From Acidobacteriota bacterium (GTDB lineage Bacteria; Acidobacteriota; Thermoanaerobaculia; Multivoradales; UBA5704): a DNA stretch of 64,000 nucleotides. Positions within the stretch are counted from its first letter, which is position 1. Each line of letters opens with the position of its first letter. The translations under genes were made by a program, and so were the position numbers. The notes beneath the pieces were generated by a model. That model saw only the letters and a list, made by a program, of their open reading frames with translations, ran no database searches and was not told the origin of the DNA. The stretch lies in NCBI GenBank assembly GCA_040005235.1, contig JBDTZG010000012.1, positions 1 to 64,000 of the forward strand. Direction: 5' to 3'. Positions 8,812 through 19,266 of the stretch are shown here, one piece after another.

Positions 8812-10677
8812 ATGCGCGCGACCACTCGGAAGAGCTCGACGGTTCGAAGCGGCAGGGCGAAGCAGAGGCTCGGGATCTTCGTAAGGTTTGCGATTGCCGC
8901 GATCGGCGCGATCAGCCTCGCCGCCTCTGCCATCGGCGCCGTGGGAACAACCGCGAGCGGAAAAACGGGATCAACCGCAGCGGCCCGGCCGGCCGGCGCC
9001 ACCCGTTTCGAGCTCAAGCCGTGCACCCTCGAAGGGGTTTCGGTCCCGGCTCGCTGCGGCACCTACGAGGTTTTCGAGCATCGCGAGACGAAGAGCGGAC
9101 GGAAGATCGGGCTCAAGGTAGTGGTGTTGCCGGCGACCGATCCGAATCCGGCTCCGGATCCGATGGTCTACTTCGAAGGCGGGCCGGGAGCGTCGGCGAC
9201 CGCTGACGCCGCCGGGCTGGCGGGCGATCCGCTGCTCAAACGCCACGACATCGTGCTGGTCGACGTTCGCGGCACGGGAGGGTCGAATCCGCTCTATTGC
9301 CCCTACCAGACGGACGGCTCCCGCCAGCTCGGCCTGCTCGAAGAGTTCTTGCCACTAGCTGGCGTCAAAGCCTGCCGCGCCAAGCTCGAAGCCGACAACG
9401 ACCTTTCGACCTACACCACGCCGGTATTGGTCGACGACGTCCATGAAGTCGTCACCGCCCTCGGCTATACGAAGGTCAACCTCAGCGGCGGTTCCTACGG
9501 AAGCTTCGCGGTCCAGGCCTACATGGGGCGCCATCCTGAAGGCGTGCGCACGGCGATCCTCGAAGGAGTGGTGGGGTATGACACCCGCCTGCCGCTCCAT
9601 TTTGCGGCCGACGCGCAGAAGGCGCTCGACGGACTGTTCGCCGAATGCGCCGCCGAGGCGACCTGCGCGGCGGCCTTTCCCGACCTCGCGGGCGATCTGA
9701 AGGCCGTCCTCGAACGCGCGAAAGCGGGTCCGGCGCGGGCCACGGTGATCGATCCGAAGACCGGCAAAAACGTGGACCGCGAGCTCAGCTGGGCCACCTT
9801 GGTTCAGACCCTGCGCTACATGAGCTACTCCTCGGCGAGCGCGCAAGAGATTCCGCTTGGCCTACACCTCGCGGCCCAGGGCGACTATTCGGTCCTCGCG
9901 AGGAACGCCGCCGTCTACGGCGGGGCGCTCGGCAACATGCCCGACGGCCTCTACCTCTCGATCACCTGCCCGGAAGACGTGGCGCGCATCCACGACGAAG
10001 ACGTCGCTGCGGCCGTCCAGGGCACCTACCTCGGCGATTACCGGGTGCGCCAGCAGCGCGAGGCCTGCGCGCTCTGGCCGAAAGGGCCGCTGCCGGCCGA
10101 CTTTTGGGAACCGTTGCGCTCGACGATCCCGACGCTCTTGGTGACGGGCGAGCGCGATCCCGTGACCCCGGCGAGGGACACCCTTCTGGTGGCCAAGGCG
10201 TTGTCGAACAGCCGGACGATGATCGTGCCCGACGGCGCCCACGGCTCGAACGGCCTCGAAGGGCTCAAGTGCATCGAGGACCTCGAACAGCGGTTCGTCG
10301 AACAAGGGGACTTCCAAGGTCTCGACACCGAGCGGTGCGTCGCCTCGATCCGTCGGCCCCCCTTCCCCACCAAGCCGCCGGCCGCGGCCATTAAGCTGAG
10401 CACAGCCCAGCTCAACCGATATTCCGGCACCTATGTCTCAAAGGAACCGGCGATGGAGATCACGGTCCGCCTCGTCGATGGCCTGCTGTTCGCCGATACC
10501 CCTTTCCAGCCCAACCTGCGCGTCACCCCGACCTCCGCAACCGAGCTCCGCATCGAAGGAGCGCCGTTCGGCTACGGCTTCCGGTTCGAGCTCGACGGCG
10601 CGGAAGCGCCGGCCCGCGTGCTGTTCCTATTGCAACCCGGCGAGGAGGCAACCCGATTGGAGCGCAAGCCGAGCTGA
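8812..10677 (+). CDS. Secreted alpha/beta hydrolase (TAP-like peptidase) with C-terminal DUF3471-like domain
   Basis: Signal peptide; GGPG oxyanion motif; GGSYG nucleophile elbow; DPVTP; GAHG. Start uncertain. Confidence 0.85.
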   Translation: MRATTRKSSTVRSGRAKQRLGIFVRFAIAAIGAISLAASAIGAVGTTASGKTGSTAAARPAGATRFELKPCTLEGVSVPARCGTYEVFEHRETKSGRKIGLKVVVLPATDPNPAPDPMVYFEGGPGASATADAAGLAGDPLLKRHDIVLVDVRGTGGSNPLYCPYQTDGSRQLGLLEEFLPLAGVKACRAKLEADNDLSTYTTPVLVDDVHEVVTALGYTKVNLSGGSYGSFAVQAYMGRHPEGVRTAILEGVVGYDTRLPLHFAADAQKALDGLFAECAAEATCAAAFPDLAGDLKAVLERAKAGPARATVIDPKTGKNVDRELSWATLVQTLRYMSYSSASAQEIPLGLHLAAQGDYSVLARNAAVYGGALGNMPDGLYLSITCPEDVARIHDEDVAAAVQGTYLGDYRVRQQREACALWPKGPLPADFWEPLRSTIPTLLVTGERDPVTPARDTLLVAKALSNSRTMIVPDGAHGSNGLEGLKCIEDLEQRFVEQGDFQGLDTERCVASIRRPPFPTKPPAAAIKLSTAQLNRYSGTYVSKEPAMEITVRLVDGLLFADTPFQPNLRVTPTSATELRIEGAPFGYGFRFELDGAEAPARVLFLLQPGEEATRLERKPS

Positions 10678-10745
10678 AAAGCCGGCGTTCGTCCGGCCGT
10701 TGAAGCCGAATCGGGCTATTCTTTCCGCGCGTTTTCGCACGGGAG

Positions 10746-12990
10746 ATGGCCATGAACAACCTGCTCCTCGAAGCTCGCCTGACGCTGCGCGGGCTCCTCC
10801 GCCAACCGGGTTTCGCCTTGACGGTCATCGTCACGCTGGCGGTGGGCATCGGCGCCAACCTGGCGTTTTTCGGTTACGCGAGCTATTTCCTCGCGCCGAC
10901 GATCGAGGCGCCCGAGCCGGGGCGGGTCGTGAAAGTCCACACCGGGACCCGCGAGGCACCGGACGGCGCGAATTCCTATCTGGATTGGCAAGACTTCCGG
11001 TCGGGCGTCGCCCGGACCTTCTCGCAGCTTCCCGCCTTTCAGATCTTCGGCTCCACGGTGGTCGCCAAGGAGCAGACGCTCCACGCCTGGGGCATGGCGG
11101 TAAGCGGCGAGTATTTTCCGCTGTTCGCCCGGCCCGCCCGGTTAGGTCGGCTGCTCGACGACAACGACGATCGGCCGGGCGCCGAGCGGGTGCTGGTGCT
11201 CAATTATTTCTATTGGAAGAACCACTTCGGCGGCGACCCCGCGTTGGTCGGGCGCCCGGGCGGCGATGGCGGCGCTCGCGCGCGGGCTCGACCTGGCCCA
11301 CGCCGAAACCGACGCGCGCAAGGTGAACCTGGAGCCGGTAACGGAAGCGAACGTCACGGTCTTGGCCGATCCGACCGTCCGGGCCTCGAAGGGTTTGCTG
11401 ATCGCGGTGGGCCTCCTGCAGTTGCTCGCCTGCGCGAACGTCGCGAATCTGGTGCTCGCGCGCACCGTCGCAAAGCGGCGCGAGATGGCGATCCACGCCG
11501 CTCTCGGTGCCGGCCGGCTGCGGATCGGCCGTCGGCTGCTCGCCGAGGCGCTGCTGCTCTCGATCTCGGGTGGCCTGCTCGGCCTGGCGCTCGCGCGCGG
11601 CATCACGCGGGTGATCGAGCACTATCTCCTGCAGGCGGTGCCGGTCGGACTGGGCGACTTCAGCGCCGGCTCGTCGCTGATCGCCGACCCGCGCCGCATG
11701 ACGATCTTCTTTACCGCGCTCTGCCTCGGCACGGCCCTCCTGGTGACCCTCGCGCCGCTCGTCGAGGCGCTTCGGCGGAACCTCGTCGGCGCCTTGAAGA
11801 GCCGCGGCGAAGGCGATAGCGCGAGCCGCACCCTCGACTTCCGGAGCCTTCTGGTAATCGTCCAGGTCGCCCTCTCGGTCGTCCTGCTGCTCGCCGCCGG
11901 CCTCCTGCTACGGACGAATTTCGAGGTGCGCGGCCAGAAACTCGGGTTCGATTCCGACCGGCTGACGCTCGTCACCCTGCACATTCCAACGCTCCGCGGC
12001 ACCGACAACACGCAAGGATTGAAGCTCTACCAGAGCATCCTCGAACGGGTGAAGGCGTTGCCCGGGGTGAGCGCGGCGGGGCTCGCCTCGCGGGTGCCGC
12101 TTTCGATCGCCAGTTCGACCGATCCGGTGTCGCTTCCCGGCGCGGTCGACAAGGTGCCGGTCGCGATGAACGTCGTAAGCCCCGAGTACCTGGACACGTT
12201 GGGGCTTCGACTCGTCGCCGGTCGGGATTTTTCGACCATCGACCGGCCGGACGCCGCGGGCGCCGTGCTGTTGAACCAGGCCGCGGTCGCGCAGTTCTTT
12301 CCCAAGGGCCAACCGCTCGGCCAGCGGCTCGCCGTCGCGGCCGACGACGTGCCGGGCGGCGAGGTCGAGGTCGTGGGAGTGGTCGCCGACTCCCGGTTCG
12401 GCCGGCTCACCGAGCCGATCAAGCCGCTGATCTATTACCCCTTCGCCCAGCGCTTCCGCCAGCGCATGACCCTGATGGTGCGCGCGAACGGGCCGCTCGC
12501 CCGGCCGCTCGCCGAGTGCCTGCGTCGGAACTTCCCGGACGTGGCGGTGGTCGATTTCCAGCCGATGAGCGAACAGGTCCGCCGCGCTGGCGCGGACCAG
12601 AAGATGAACGCGGACCTCGCCGGAGGCTTCGGCCTGTTCGGGCTCGGCCTCGCGGCGCTCGGCATCTTCAGCGTCCTCTCCTTCACCGTGAACCGCAGCG
12701 GGCGCGCGATCGGCATCCGCATGGCGCTCGGAGCGACCACCCGCGACATAGGGCTCTGGGTTCTCGGCGGCGCGGGCCGTTGGGTCGCCATCGGCCTCGG
12801 GATCGGCCTCGCCGCCTCGCTCGCGCTCGGTCGCCTGCTCGAAAGCCTGCTCTATGGAGTGCGCGCGAAAGATCCGCTGATCGCCCTCGGAGTCGTCGCC
12901 CTCCTCGGCACCGTGGCCCTCGTCGCAGCCCTCGTGCCGGCTCGGCGGGCAACGCGCATCGAGCCGGTGCGGGCGCTCAAGGAGGAGTAG
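10746..12990 (+). pseudogene. ADOP-type duplicated ABC permease (MacB_PCD/FtsX x2) with an internal deletion and frameshift near 11255
   Basis: The N-terminal part (TLAVGIGAN ... FGGDPALVGR) and the rest (LLACANVANL, VQVALSVVLL, IGIRMALGA) are in different frames. About 60 aa present in the intact paralog at 13183 are missing at the junction. Confidence 0.8.
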
Positions 12991-12991
12991 G

Positions 12992-13186
12992 GTGAAGCTC
13001 GCGGAGTTCGTTAAAACGGCGATCTTGGAGGCGCGCTGGGAAGCCGAGGAGCAGGCCACGGCAGAGGTGTACTCACGCCAGCCGGACAGTCCCAACACGA
13101 TTTTCGATCCGGCGGTTTGGGAGTCAGTCGCTCTGACCCTGACCGACTCCACTTTCGTTTCCGACGGCCCGCCGCAAAGGAAATGA
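12992..13186 (+). pseudogene. C-terminal fragment of an RHH/CopG-type antitoxin-like protein
   Basis: AEFVKTAILEARWEAEEQATAEVYSRQPD...FDPAVWE. DNA at 13002-13124 is clearly homologous to 18241-18363. Confidence 0.6.
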
Positions 13187-15612
13187 CCATGCTGAGCCAA
13201 TGGACCGCCGATCTCCGTCACGCCGCGCGCTCCTTGAGGCGCCGGCCCGGTTTCACTCTGATGGCGGTGGGCACGCTCGCCCTCGCGCTCGGCGCCAATG
13301 CCGGGATGTTCGGCGTCGTCAACACGGTGCTGGTCCATCCGCTCCCCTATTCTCAGCCCGACCGGCTGGTCTACATCGCTGGCACCGCGCCGGGCTCCGA
13401 CCTTCCCGAAGAATTCGGAGTGGGCCAGGAGTTCTATCTCCAATATCGCGAGCAGTCCCACCGCCTCAAGGACATCGCGATCTACAACTCGTTCACCTCG
13501 ACCTTGCGCATCACCGACCGGGTGGAGCGAATTCGGATGTCCGCGCCCACCAACTCGCTTTACTCGACGCTTGGCGCGCGTCCCGCGCTCGGCCGTCTGC
13601 CCATCGCCGCCGACGAGTCGCGGGTGGTGGTGATCAGCGATGAGCTGTGGCGCACCTGGTTCGGGGCCGACCCGAAGGTCGTCGGACGCACCTATGACAT
13701 CGCGGGAGAGAGGCGCGAGGTGGTCGGTGTGATGGGACCTGAATTCCGGTTTCCCAACGACGGCACCCTGCTGTGGATTTCCGGCGAGGTCCGTCCGGAG
13801 GAGATCACGCCCGGCAATTTCGGCGTCCGTCTGGTCGGGCGCATGGCGCCGGGAGCCACGCTCAAGACGGTGGCCGACGAGCTGACCACTCTCGCCCGCC
13901 GGCTGCCGGAGCGCTTCGGAGGCCCGGCGAGCTACGCAAAACTGATCCAACAACACCACGCGGTCGTGCGCCCGCTTCTGGATGAGATGCTCGGCTCCGC
14001 CGCGAAGTCCCTATGGGTGCTCTTGGCGGCGGTCGCCTTCGTGCTGCTGATCGCCTGCGCCAACATCACCAACCTGTTCATGGTGCGCGCCGAGGGGCGC
14101 CGCCGGGATCTCGCGATCCGGCGGGCGGTGGGCGCCTCCCGCCGGCAGCTGGTCCGCCTCCAATTGGCGGAATCCCTGATCGTGGCGACGGTTGCGGGCG
14201 GCTTGGCGATCCTGCTCGCCGCCGTCGCCCTTCCCCTCTTCCTGCGCGCGGCACCCGCCCGCATTCCGCGCCTCGACGAGGTCCACCTCGATGGCGCGAC
14301 GATCCTGTTTACCGCCGTTGCGGCTCTTCTGTCGGGGCTCGCGTGCGGCCTGATTCCGGCCCTTCGCGCCTCCATGGCTGGCGACCTCACTCCCCTGCGG
14401 GACGGCGGGCGCGGCGCCACCCCCGGACGACATTGGCTTCGCGATGGCCTGGTGGTGGGCCAGACCGCCCTCGCGCTCTTGCTGCTCATCGGCTCAGGAC
14501 TTCTGGTGCGGAGCTTCCAGGCGCTCCGCCAGGTGGACCCCGGCTACGACACCCGGGACGTCTTTACCTTTCAGTTCGCGCCCGAGCAGGAGCAACTGAA
14601 GGACGGCCCCTCGTGGGCGCGCTTTCACCTCGATTTCCTGAAGCGTCTGGCGGCGGTGCCGGGCGTCACGTCGGTGGGGCTGGTGGAAAACGTCCCGTTG
14701 AACGAGGGTACCGCCGACGATCGATTCCGCACCGAAGCGATGGCTTCCGATCCGGACGCGGGCATCCTTCTCAACTACACCTACACGGCCGGCGACTACT
14801 TCCGGACGATGGGGATCAAACTGCTCCAAGGCCGGCCGTTCGACACGGCGGACCAGCTCACGACGCCGGGCAACGTGGTCATCAGCCGCACCGCCGCCAA
14901 GCTGATGTGGCCCGGAACGAGCGCCATCGGCCGCCGGCTCCAAGCCCGGGACGCGACGACTTGGAACACCGTCGTGGGCGTCGTCGACGACGTAATGCAG
15001 GACGGTTTCCGCGACTCCCCGCAGGCTCTCGTCTACCTGCCGCTGGCGGGGCCGACGCCTACGAGCTGGGAGATCAGCTCGCCGGCCTACGTGCTCAAGA
15101 CCGCCCGGGCCGAGGTCATCACGCCGGAGATCCGCGAGCTGGTCCGCGAGGTGGCACCCGAGGCGCCGATGTACCGGGTCTACACCCTGGCGGGCCTGGC
15201 GGCGGACTCGATGGCGCAGCTGTCCTTCACCATGCTGACGCTCGGCGTCCTCTCCACCCTGGCCCTCCTCCTGGGCGCCATCGGGCTCTACGGCGTTCTC
15301 TCCTACGCGGTCGCCGAGCGGACGCGCGAGATCGGCGTGCGGCTGGCCTTGGGCGCCACCGTCGCCAACGTCCGGCGGATGGTCGTGGCGCAGGGCGCGC
15401 GGGTGGTGGGCCTGGGGCTCGTGCTGGGCCTCGTGGCCGCCCTCGCCTCGTCGCGGGTCGTAGCGAGCCTGCTCTTCGGCGTCGCCGCTTTCGACCCCGC
15501 AACCTTCGGCGGCATGTCCGCCCTGATGGCTGCAGTCGGCGTGCTCGCCTGTCTCCTCCCGGCGTTCCGGGCGTCGAGCGTCGACCCGATCGACTCGCTG
15601 CGCAACGGCTAG
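13183..15612 (+). CDS. ADOP-type duplicated ABC transporter permease (MacB_PCD/FtsX x2)
   Basis: DLRHAARSLRRRPGF, TLALALGAN, LLIACANITNL, GQTALALLLL and ERTREIGVRLALGA; no ATPase gene adjacent. Confidence 0.92.
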   Translation: MTMLSQWTADLRHAARSLRRRPGFTLMAVGTLALALGANAGMFGVVNTVLVHPLPYSQPDRLVYIAGTAPGSDLPEEFGVGQEFYLQYREQSHRLKDIAIYNSFTSTLRITDRVERIRMSAPTNSLYSTLGARPALGRLPIAADESRVVVISDELWRTWFGADPKVVGRTYDIAGERREVVGVMGPEFRFPNDGTLLWISGEVRPEEITPGNFGVRLVGRMAPGATLKTVADELTTLARRLPERFGGPASYAKLIQQHHAVVRPLLDEMLGSAAKSLWVLLAAVAFVLLIACANITNLFMVRAEGRRRDLAIRRAVGASRRQLVRLQLAESLIVATVAGGLAILLAAVALPLFLRAAPARIPRLDEVHLDGATILFTAVAALLSGLACGLIPALRASMAGDLTPLRDGGRGATPGRHWLRDGLVVGQTALALLLLIGSGLLVRSFQALRQVDPGYDTRDVFTFQFAPEQEQLKDGPSWARFHLDFLKRLAAVPGVTSVGLVENVPLNEGTADDRFRTEAMASDPDAGILLNYTYTAGDYFRTMGIKLLQGRPFDTADQLTTPGNVVISRTAAKLMWPGTSAIGRRLQARDATTWNTVVGVVDDVMQDGFRDSPQALVYLPLAGPTPTSWEISSPAYVLKTARAEVITPEIRELVREVAPEAPMYRVYTLAGLAADSMAQLSFTMLTLGVLSTLALLLGAIGLYGVLSYAVAERTREIGVRLALGATVANVRRMVVAQGARVVGLGLVLGLVAALASSRVVASLLFGVAAFDPATFGGMSALMAAVGVLACLLPAFRASSVDPIDSLRNG

Positions 15613-15709
15613 GGGACTTTGGCGGCGCCAGCCACCTGTCCCCAAGGGTGCCGGGCACATGCAACCGGCCCTTTCGGTTTGCGTACTAGGTATCCAAAAG
15701 GAGCCCATC

Positions 15710-17257
15710 ATGCCGAGCCGATCGCGCCTCGCCACTCTTCTTACGTCCTTCCTTCTTCTTATCCCTTGTCTGCTGGCCGCGCAGAGCGCCGGGGGCGGGG
15801 CCCAGGATTCGCCGGGGACTCCGCCGCCGCCGCCGCCCGCCTCCCCGAAAGAGTTCGTCACCCGCCACACCTTGGAGATCGGCGGCAAGATTCTGCACTA
15901 CCGGGCCGTCGCGGGCGAGACCCTTCTCAAGAGCGCCAAGGGAGTGCCGAAGGCGAGCGTCTTCAGTACCTCCTATCTGCTCGACGGGGTGGACGCTCCG
16001 TCCCAACGGCCTATTACATTCTTCTTCAACGGCGGGCCAGGCTCGACCGCGACTTGGCTCCACATCGGCGCCTTCGGCCCCGTCCGGCTCGATCTGGGAC
16101 CCGATCCTCTCGACGCCGGGAGCCCGCCGTACGCGCTGCGTCCCAATCAATACAGCCTTCTCGACGTCTCCGATCTGGTGTTCGTCGATCCCATCGGCAC
16201 GGGCTACAGCCACGCCCTGGGAGAGGGCAAGGACAGCGATTATTGGGGTGTCGACGAGGACTCCGCCTCAATGGCCGCCTTCATCCGCGCCTACCTGACC
16301 CAAGAGCGCCGCTGGAGCTCCCCGAAGTACTTGGCCGGCGAGAGCTACGGCACCACTCGCGCCAGCCTGCTGGTGCGGGATCTGTCGCTGGCCCTACTGG
16401 ACGGCGTCGCGTTCAACGGGGTGATCCTGCTCTCCACGGCGCTCGACGTGCGAATCTTCCTCTCCGGCGCGCAGGGCAACGACCTTGCCTACGCGACCTG
16501 TTTGCCGACCTATGCAGCCACCGCCTATTACCACGACCAGCTTCCGGAGAAGCCGGCCAACTTCGAGGCTTTCCTCGCCGAAGCGCGCGAGTTCGCCGCC
16601 ACCGAGTACCTGACGGCGCTCTTCCGGGGTGACGCCCTCTCCGAGACGGAGACCGCGGCAGTCGCCGCCAAGCTCCACCGGTTCACCGGCCTCTCCGAGG
16701 CCTACTTGCGCCGCAGCCATCTACGCGTGTCGGTGGATCATTTCCTCAAGGAGCTGCTGCGCGATCGCGGCGAGGTCCTGGGCGTGCACGACACGCGCTT
16801 CCGCGGCAAGGACCCCGACGAGGCCGGCGAGCTCGTCGCCTGGGATCCCTTCATGTACGGCATCGCCAGTCCCTTCGTCACGGCCATCAACGGCTATCTC
16901 ACCGACGACCTGAAGGTGGAAATGGGGGAACGTTACGAGGTCTTCTCCACGCAGGCGAACGGCGCCTGGAAGCGCCCCGCCGACCAACAGAGGGCATTCT
17001 CAGGCTTTCTCTACACCACCGACTACCTGGCTCAAGCGGCAGCCACCAACCGGGACTTCCGCATCTTCGTGGCGGGCGGCTACTACGATCTCACGACCAC
17101 CTTCTACGGCGTCGAACATACCTTCAACCACAGCGGCATCCCCAAGGATCGCATCACCCTCAAGAACTACGAGGGCGGCCACATGATGTATCTCCGCGAG
17201 GCCTCACTGGCGGCGCTCTCGGCGGATATTCGGGCGTTTATTCGGGGGGGGGGGTAG
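15710..17257 (+). CDS. Secreted serine carboxypeptidase, family S10
   Basis: Signal peptide; FNGGPGS, DPIGTGYS, GESYG (catalytic Ser), GYYDL and GHMMY (catalytic His). Confidence 0.92.
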   Translation: MPSRSRLATLLTSFLLLIPCLLAAQSAGGGAQDSPGTPPPPPPASPKEFVTRHTLEIGGKILHYRAVAGETLLKSAKGVPKASVFSTSYLLDGVDAPSQRPITFFFNGGPGSTATWLHIGAFGPVRLDLGPDPLDAGSPPYALRPNQYSLLDVSDLVFVDPIGTGYSHALGEGKDSDYWGVDEDSASMAAFIRAYLTQERRWSSPKYLAGESYGTTRASLLVRDLSLALLDGVAFNGVILLSTALDVRIFLSGAQGNDLAYATCLPTYAATAYYHDQLPEKPANFEAFLAEAREFAATEYLTALFRGDALSETETAAVAAKLHRFTGLSEAYLRRSHLRVSVDHFLKELLRDRGEVLGVHDTRFRGKDPDEAGELVAWDPFMYGIASPFVTAINGYLTDDLKVEMGERYEVFSTQANGAWKRPADQQRAFSGFLYTTDYLAQAAATNRDFRIFVAGGYYDLTTTFYGVEHTFNHSGIPKDRITLKNYEGGHMMYLREASLAALSADIRAFIRGGG

Positions 17258-17299
17258 CGCCACGATCCGGGGGGCTGCCGAGAATCCGCCAACTTCACT

Positions 17300-17337
17300 C
17301 GCCGCGCAGGGCGTTGATGGGATCAACCTGCGCGGCG
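17300..17337. repeat. Intergenic inverted repeat (hairpin)
   Basis: 11-bp arms CGCCGCGCAGG and CCTGCGCGGCG with inner TTGAT/ATCAA pairing; no U-tract. Confidence 0.5.
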
Positions 17338-17510
17338 TGGACCACCGGAATGAGACTCGCGAGGACCGCCGTCCCGACCTTTGCCTCCCGAAGCCGGCCA
17401 GCGAAGTTCTCGAGGGAGACATCGCTGGCGGCGATGAGCCGTTCGTCGAGAGGTCTTCGCGTCTCTCAATAGGTCCACTAACAAAGGTGGATCCCAAGGA
17501 GGGCTCAAAA

Positions 17511-17774
17511 GTGGAGAAACGACGCGTTCTGGCAACGGGGAAAGACAAGGACGGGGATATCACGGAACTTTGCAATTCCCATGCGGCGTGGTCGCCTCGT
17601 AAGAAGGCGGCTGCAATTTCGGACATCGAAGGCGGGGAAATCTCCTATTTCGTCAAAGTTGGTGACGCAGAGGTCGGAGTTCACGTCGTGAACGATGCCA
17701 AAAAAGGTAAATACCTGCGTACGAATCAGGACAGTACAGGTAAGGACAACCTGGACAATCTGCCGGACTGCTGA
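17511..17774 (+). CDS. DUF3892-domain protein
   Basis: AAGGAGG RBS then GTG; ISDIEGG...YFV...VHVV...KYLRT..D....DNLDNLPDC signature. Confidence 0.8.
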   Translation: MEKRRVLATGKDKDGDITELCNSHAAWSPRKKAAAISDIEGGEISYFVKVGDAEVGVHVVNDAKKGKYLRTNQDSTGKDNLDNLPDC

Positions 17775-17865
17775 GAGGTATCTCTATGATTCCGAACTCA
17801 AACCAAATCGGTTTCGGAGAGGAACTCCAGGGTTTGCCAACTTGGAAGCGTGTATAGTGAAGTGC

Positions 17866-18093
17866 ATGTCGCGCAAGCTCACTACGACCGTCCGGGTGGA
17901 CCCCGAGAACGCCGAAGCTCTCGCCAAGGCCCGTGAGGCTGGATTGTCGGCATCCGATCTCCTCCGAAAGGGTCTGCGTATCGCGGCTTCAAGTTATTAC
18001 GAGAATCGACGGGCACCCTCAACGGACCTCTTCGTATCTACGGACCCGAAGCTGGGTGAAGAATCAGAGTTGTTCAGGAGCCTCGAGCGGTGA
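17866..18093 (+). CDS. RHH/VapB-like antitoxin
   Basis: 75 aa; TTVRVD...LSASDLLRKGL RHH-like pattern; GTGA overlap with the downstream PIN stub. TATAGT lies 7 bp upstream of the ATG (possibly leaderless). Confidence 0.6.
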   Translation: MSRKLTTTVRVDPENAEALAKAREAGLSASDLLRKGLRIAASSYYENRRAPSTDLFVSTDPKLGEESELFRSLER

Positions 18094-18404
18094 AGGAAGG
18101 GCTGGTCGCTGACACCGGCGGCCTGCTGCGAGCCCTCGCTGCGCAGTTCTCCGCTGTTCGTGTCGGCCCGCACTACAAGCAAGCACTCGACCTGGCAGGA
18201 CGTTTGGAGCAAATTGCTCCTGCTCGGTCGCGTCGTCGGTCGGAGTTCGTTCTAACGGCGATCTTGAAGGCGCTCTGGGAAGCGGAAGAGCAAGCCACGG
18301 CGGAAGCGTACGCGCGCCAGCCGGATAGGTCCGAAACGGCGTTCGATCCGGCGGCATGGGAGTATCGCGACCCAGGCAAGCGAATGAGGCAGTACGAGAT
18401 CTAG
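18090..18404 (+). pseudogene. Chimeric remnant: PIN/VapC N-terminal stub fused to an RHH antitoxin body
   Basis: Begins LVADTGGLLRAL (first PIN strand with Asp), then switches to RLEQIAPARSRRRSEFVLTAILKALW...AYARQPD. Confidence 0.55.
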
Positions 18405-18500
18405 TGGGCCGACCTTCCCCCCGTAGGCCTACGGCTATTTGATCAAGGCGATCGTCGCCGAGATCACCACCACCATCCGCGGAATTCCTCAAGTTTCCCG
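18384..18500 (+). pseudogene. MazF/PemK-family toxin pseudogene
   Basis: MRQYEI*WADLPPVG has an in-frame TAG. After a deletion that removes the RPVLV segment comes AYGYLIKAIVAEITTTIRGIPQ; truncated by the convergent gene. Confidence 0.65.
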
Positions 18501-18513
18501 TGGGCCGGGCCTG

Positions 18514-19266
18514 CTAGGTCGTTGGGCACTTATTGCTCGCGATCAGCGCCATCATCTCCGGGTAGTCATACGTCGCGCTCATCGCGGGGTGGTGCTTCGC
18601 GGTCGCGATCATCGCCTTCGCGATCTGTTCTACACGGATCGATTTGTACTTCGCAGGCGTGACGAACGAGAGAAGTGGCAACGTCTTCTCGAGAAGCCAC
18701 GGCGTGTGCTGAGAACCGATGATCATCGCGGGACGGAACACGCTCACGACCGCCGGCCCGCTCGCGCGCACGGCTTCTTCGGACTCGCCCTTCACGCGGT
18801 TGTAACGCGACATGCCTGCGCCGCCACCCCCGCTGGCGTTCGCCGTCGGGTCGGCGCCCGCGGCGCTCATGAACGCGAGATGCCGGACCTTGCCCGAATC
18901 CCGCAGCGCCCGTGCGAACGACTCGTTCAGCGCAACGTCCACCGCGCGATGCTCCTCAAGGGTGAGCTTCGCAGTACCGGCACCGACGCCGAGCACACTG
19001 AATCCTTCCAGTTCGCCGTCGAGCTCTCTCGCCGCATCGATCGTCGCCGCGGCCAGGGGCCCGGGCTTCATGTCGGGAACGAACTTCTCCACCAGTCTGC
19101 ATCCGGCGGCACAAGCCATCGCGACGGCCTCGGGTAGCGATCGGCGCGATAGCGTGATGACAGCGTCGAAGCCATCGTCGTGGAATAACTCGCGGAGCAG
19201 TCCAGTTCCGACCGACCCGGAACCACCGAGCACGATCGCAGTGCGTTTGCTGGTCATCGCGGCCAT
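18514..19266 (-). CDS. NAD(P)-binding Rossmann-fold protein (TIP30/YraR-like atypical SDR)
   Basis: GGSGSVG; MSAAGAD; YNRVKGESE (YxxxK); FRPAMIIG. Confidence 0.85.
   Translation of the reverse strand: MAAMTSKRTAIVLGGSGSVGTGLLRELFHDDGFDAVITLSRRSLPEAVAMACAAGCRLVEKFVPDMKPGPLAAATIDAARELDGELEGFSVLGVGAGTAKLTLEEHRAVDVALNESFARALRDSGKVRHLAFMSAAGADPTANASGGGGAGMSRYNRVKGESEEAVRASGPAVVSVFRPAMIIGSQHTPWLLEKTLPLLSFVTPAKYKSIRVEQIAKAMIATAKHHPAMSATYDYPEMMALIASNKCPTT

Noticed and set aside
17244-17254. G11 tract as a phase-variation switch
   Set aside because: It covers only the last codons of the S10 peptidase, so slippage would change just the extreme C-terminus. It may also be a homopolymer error.
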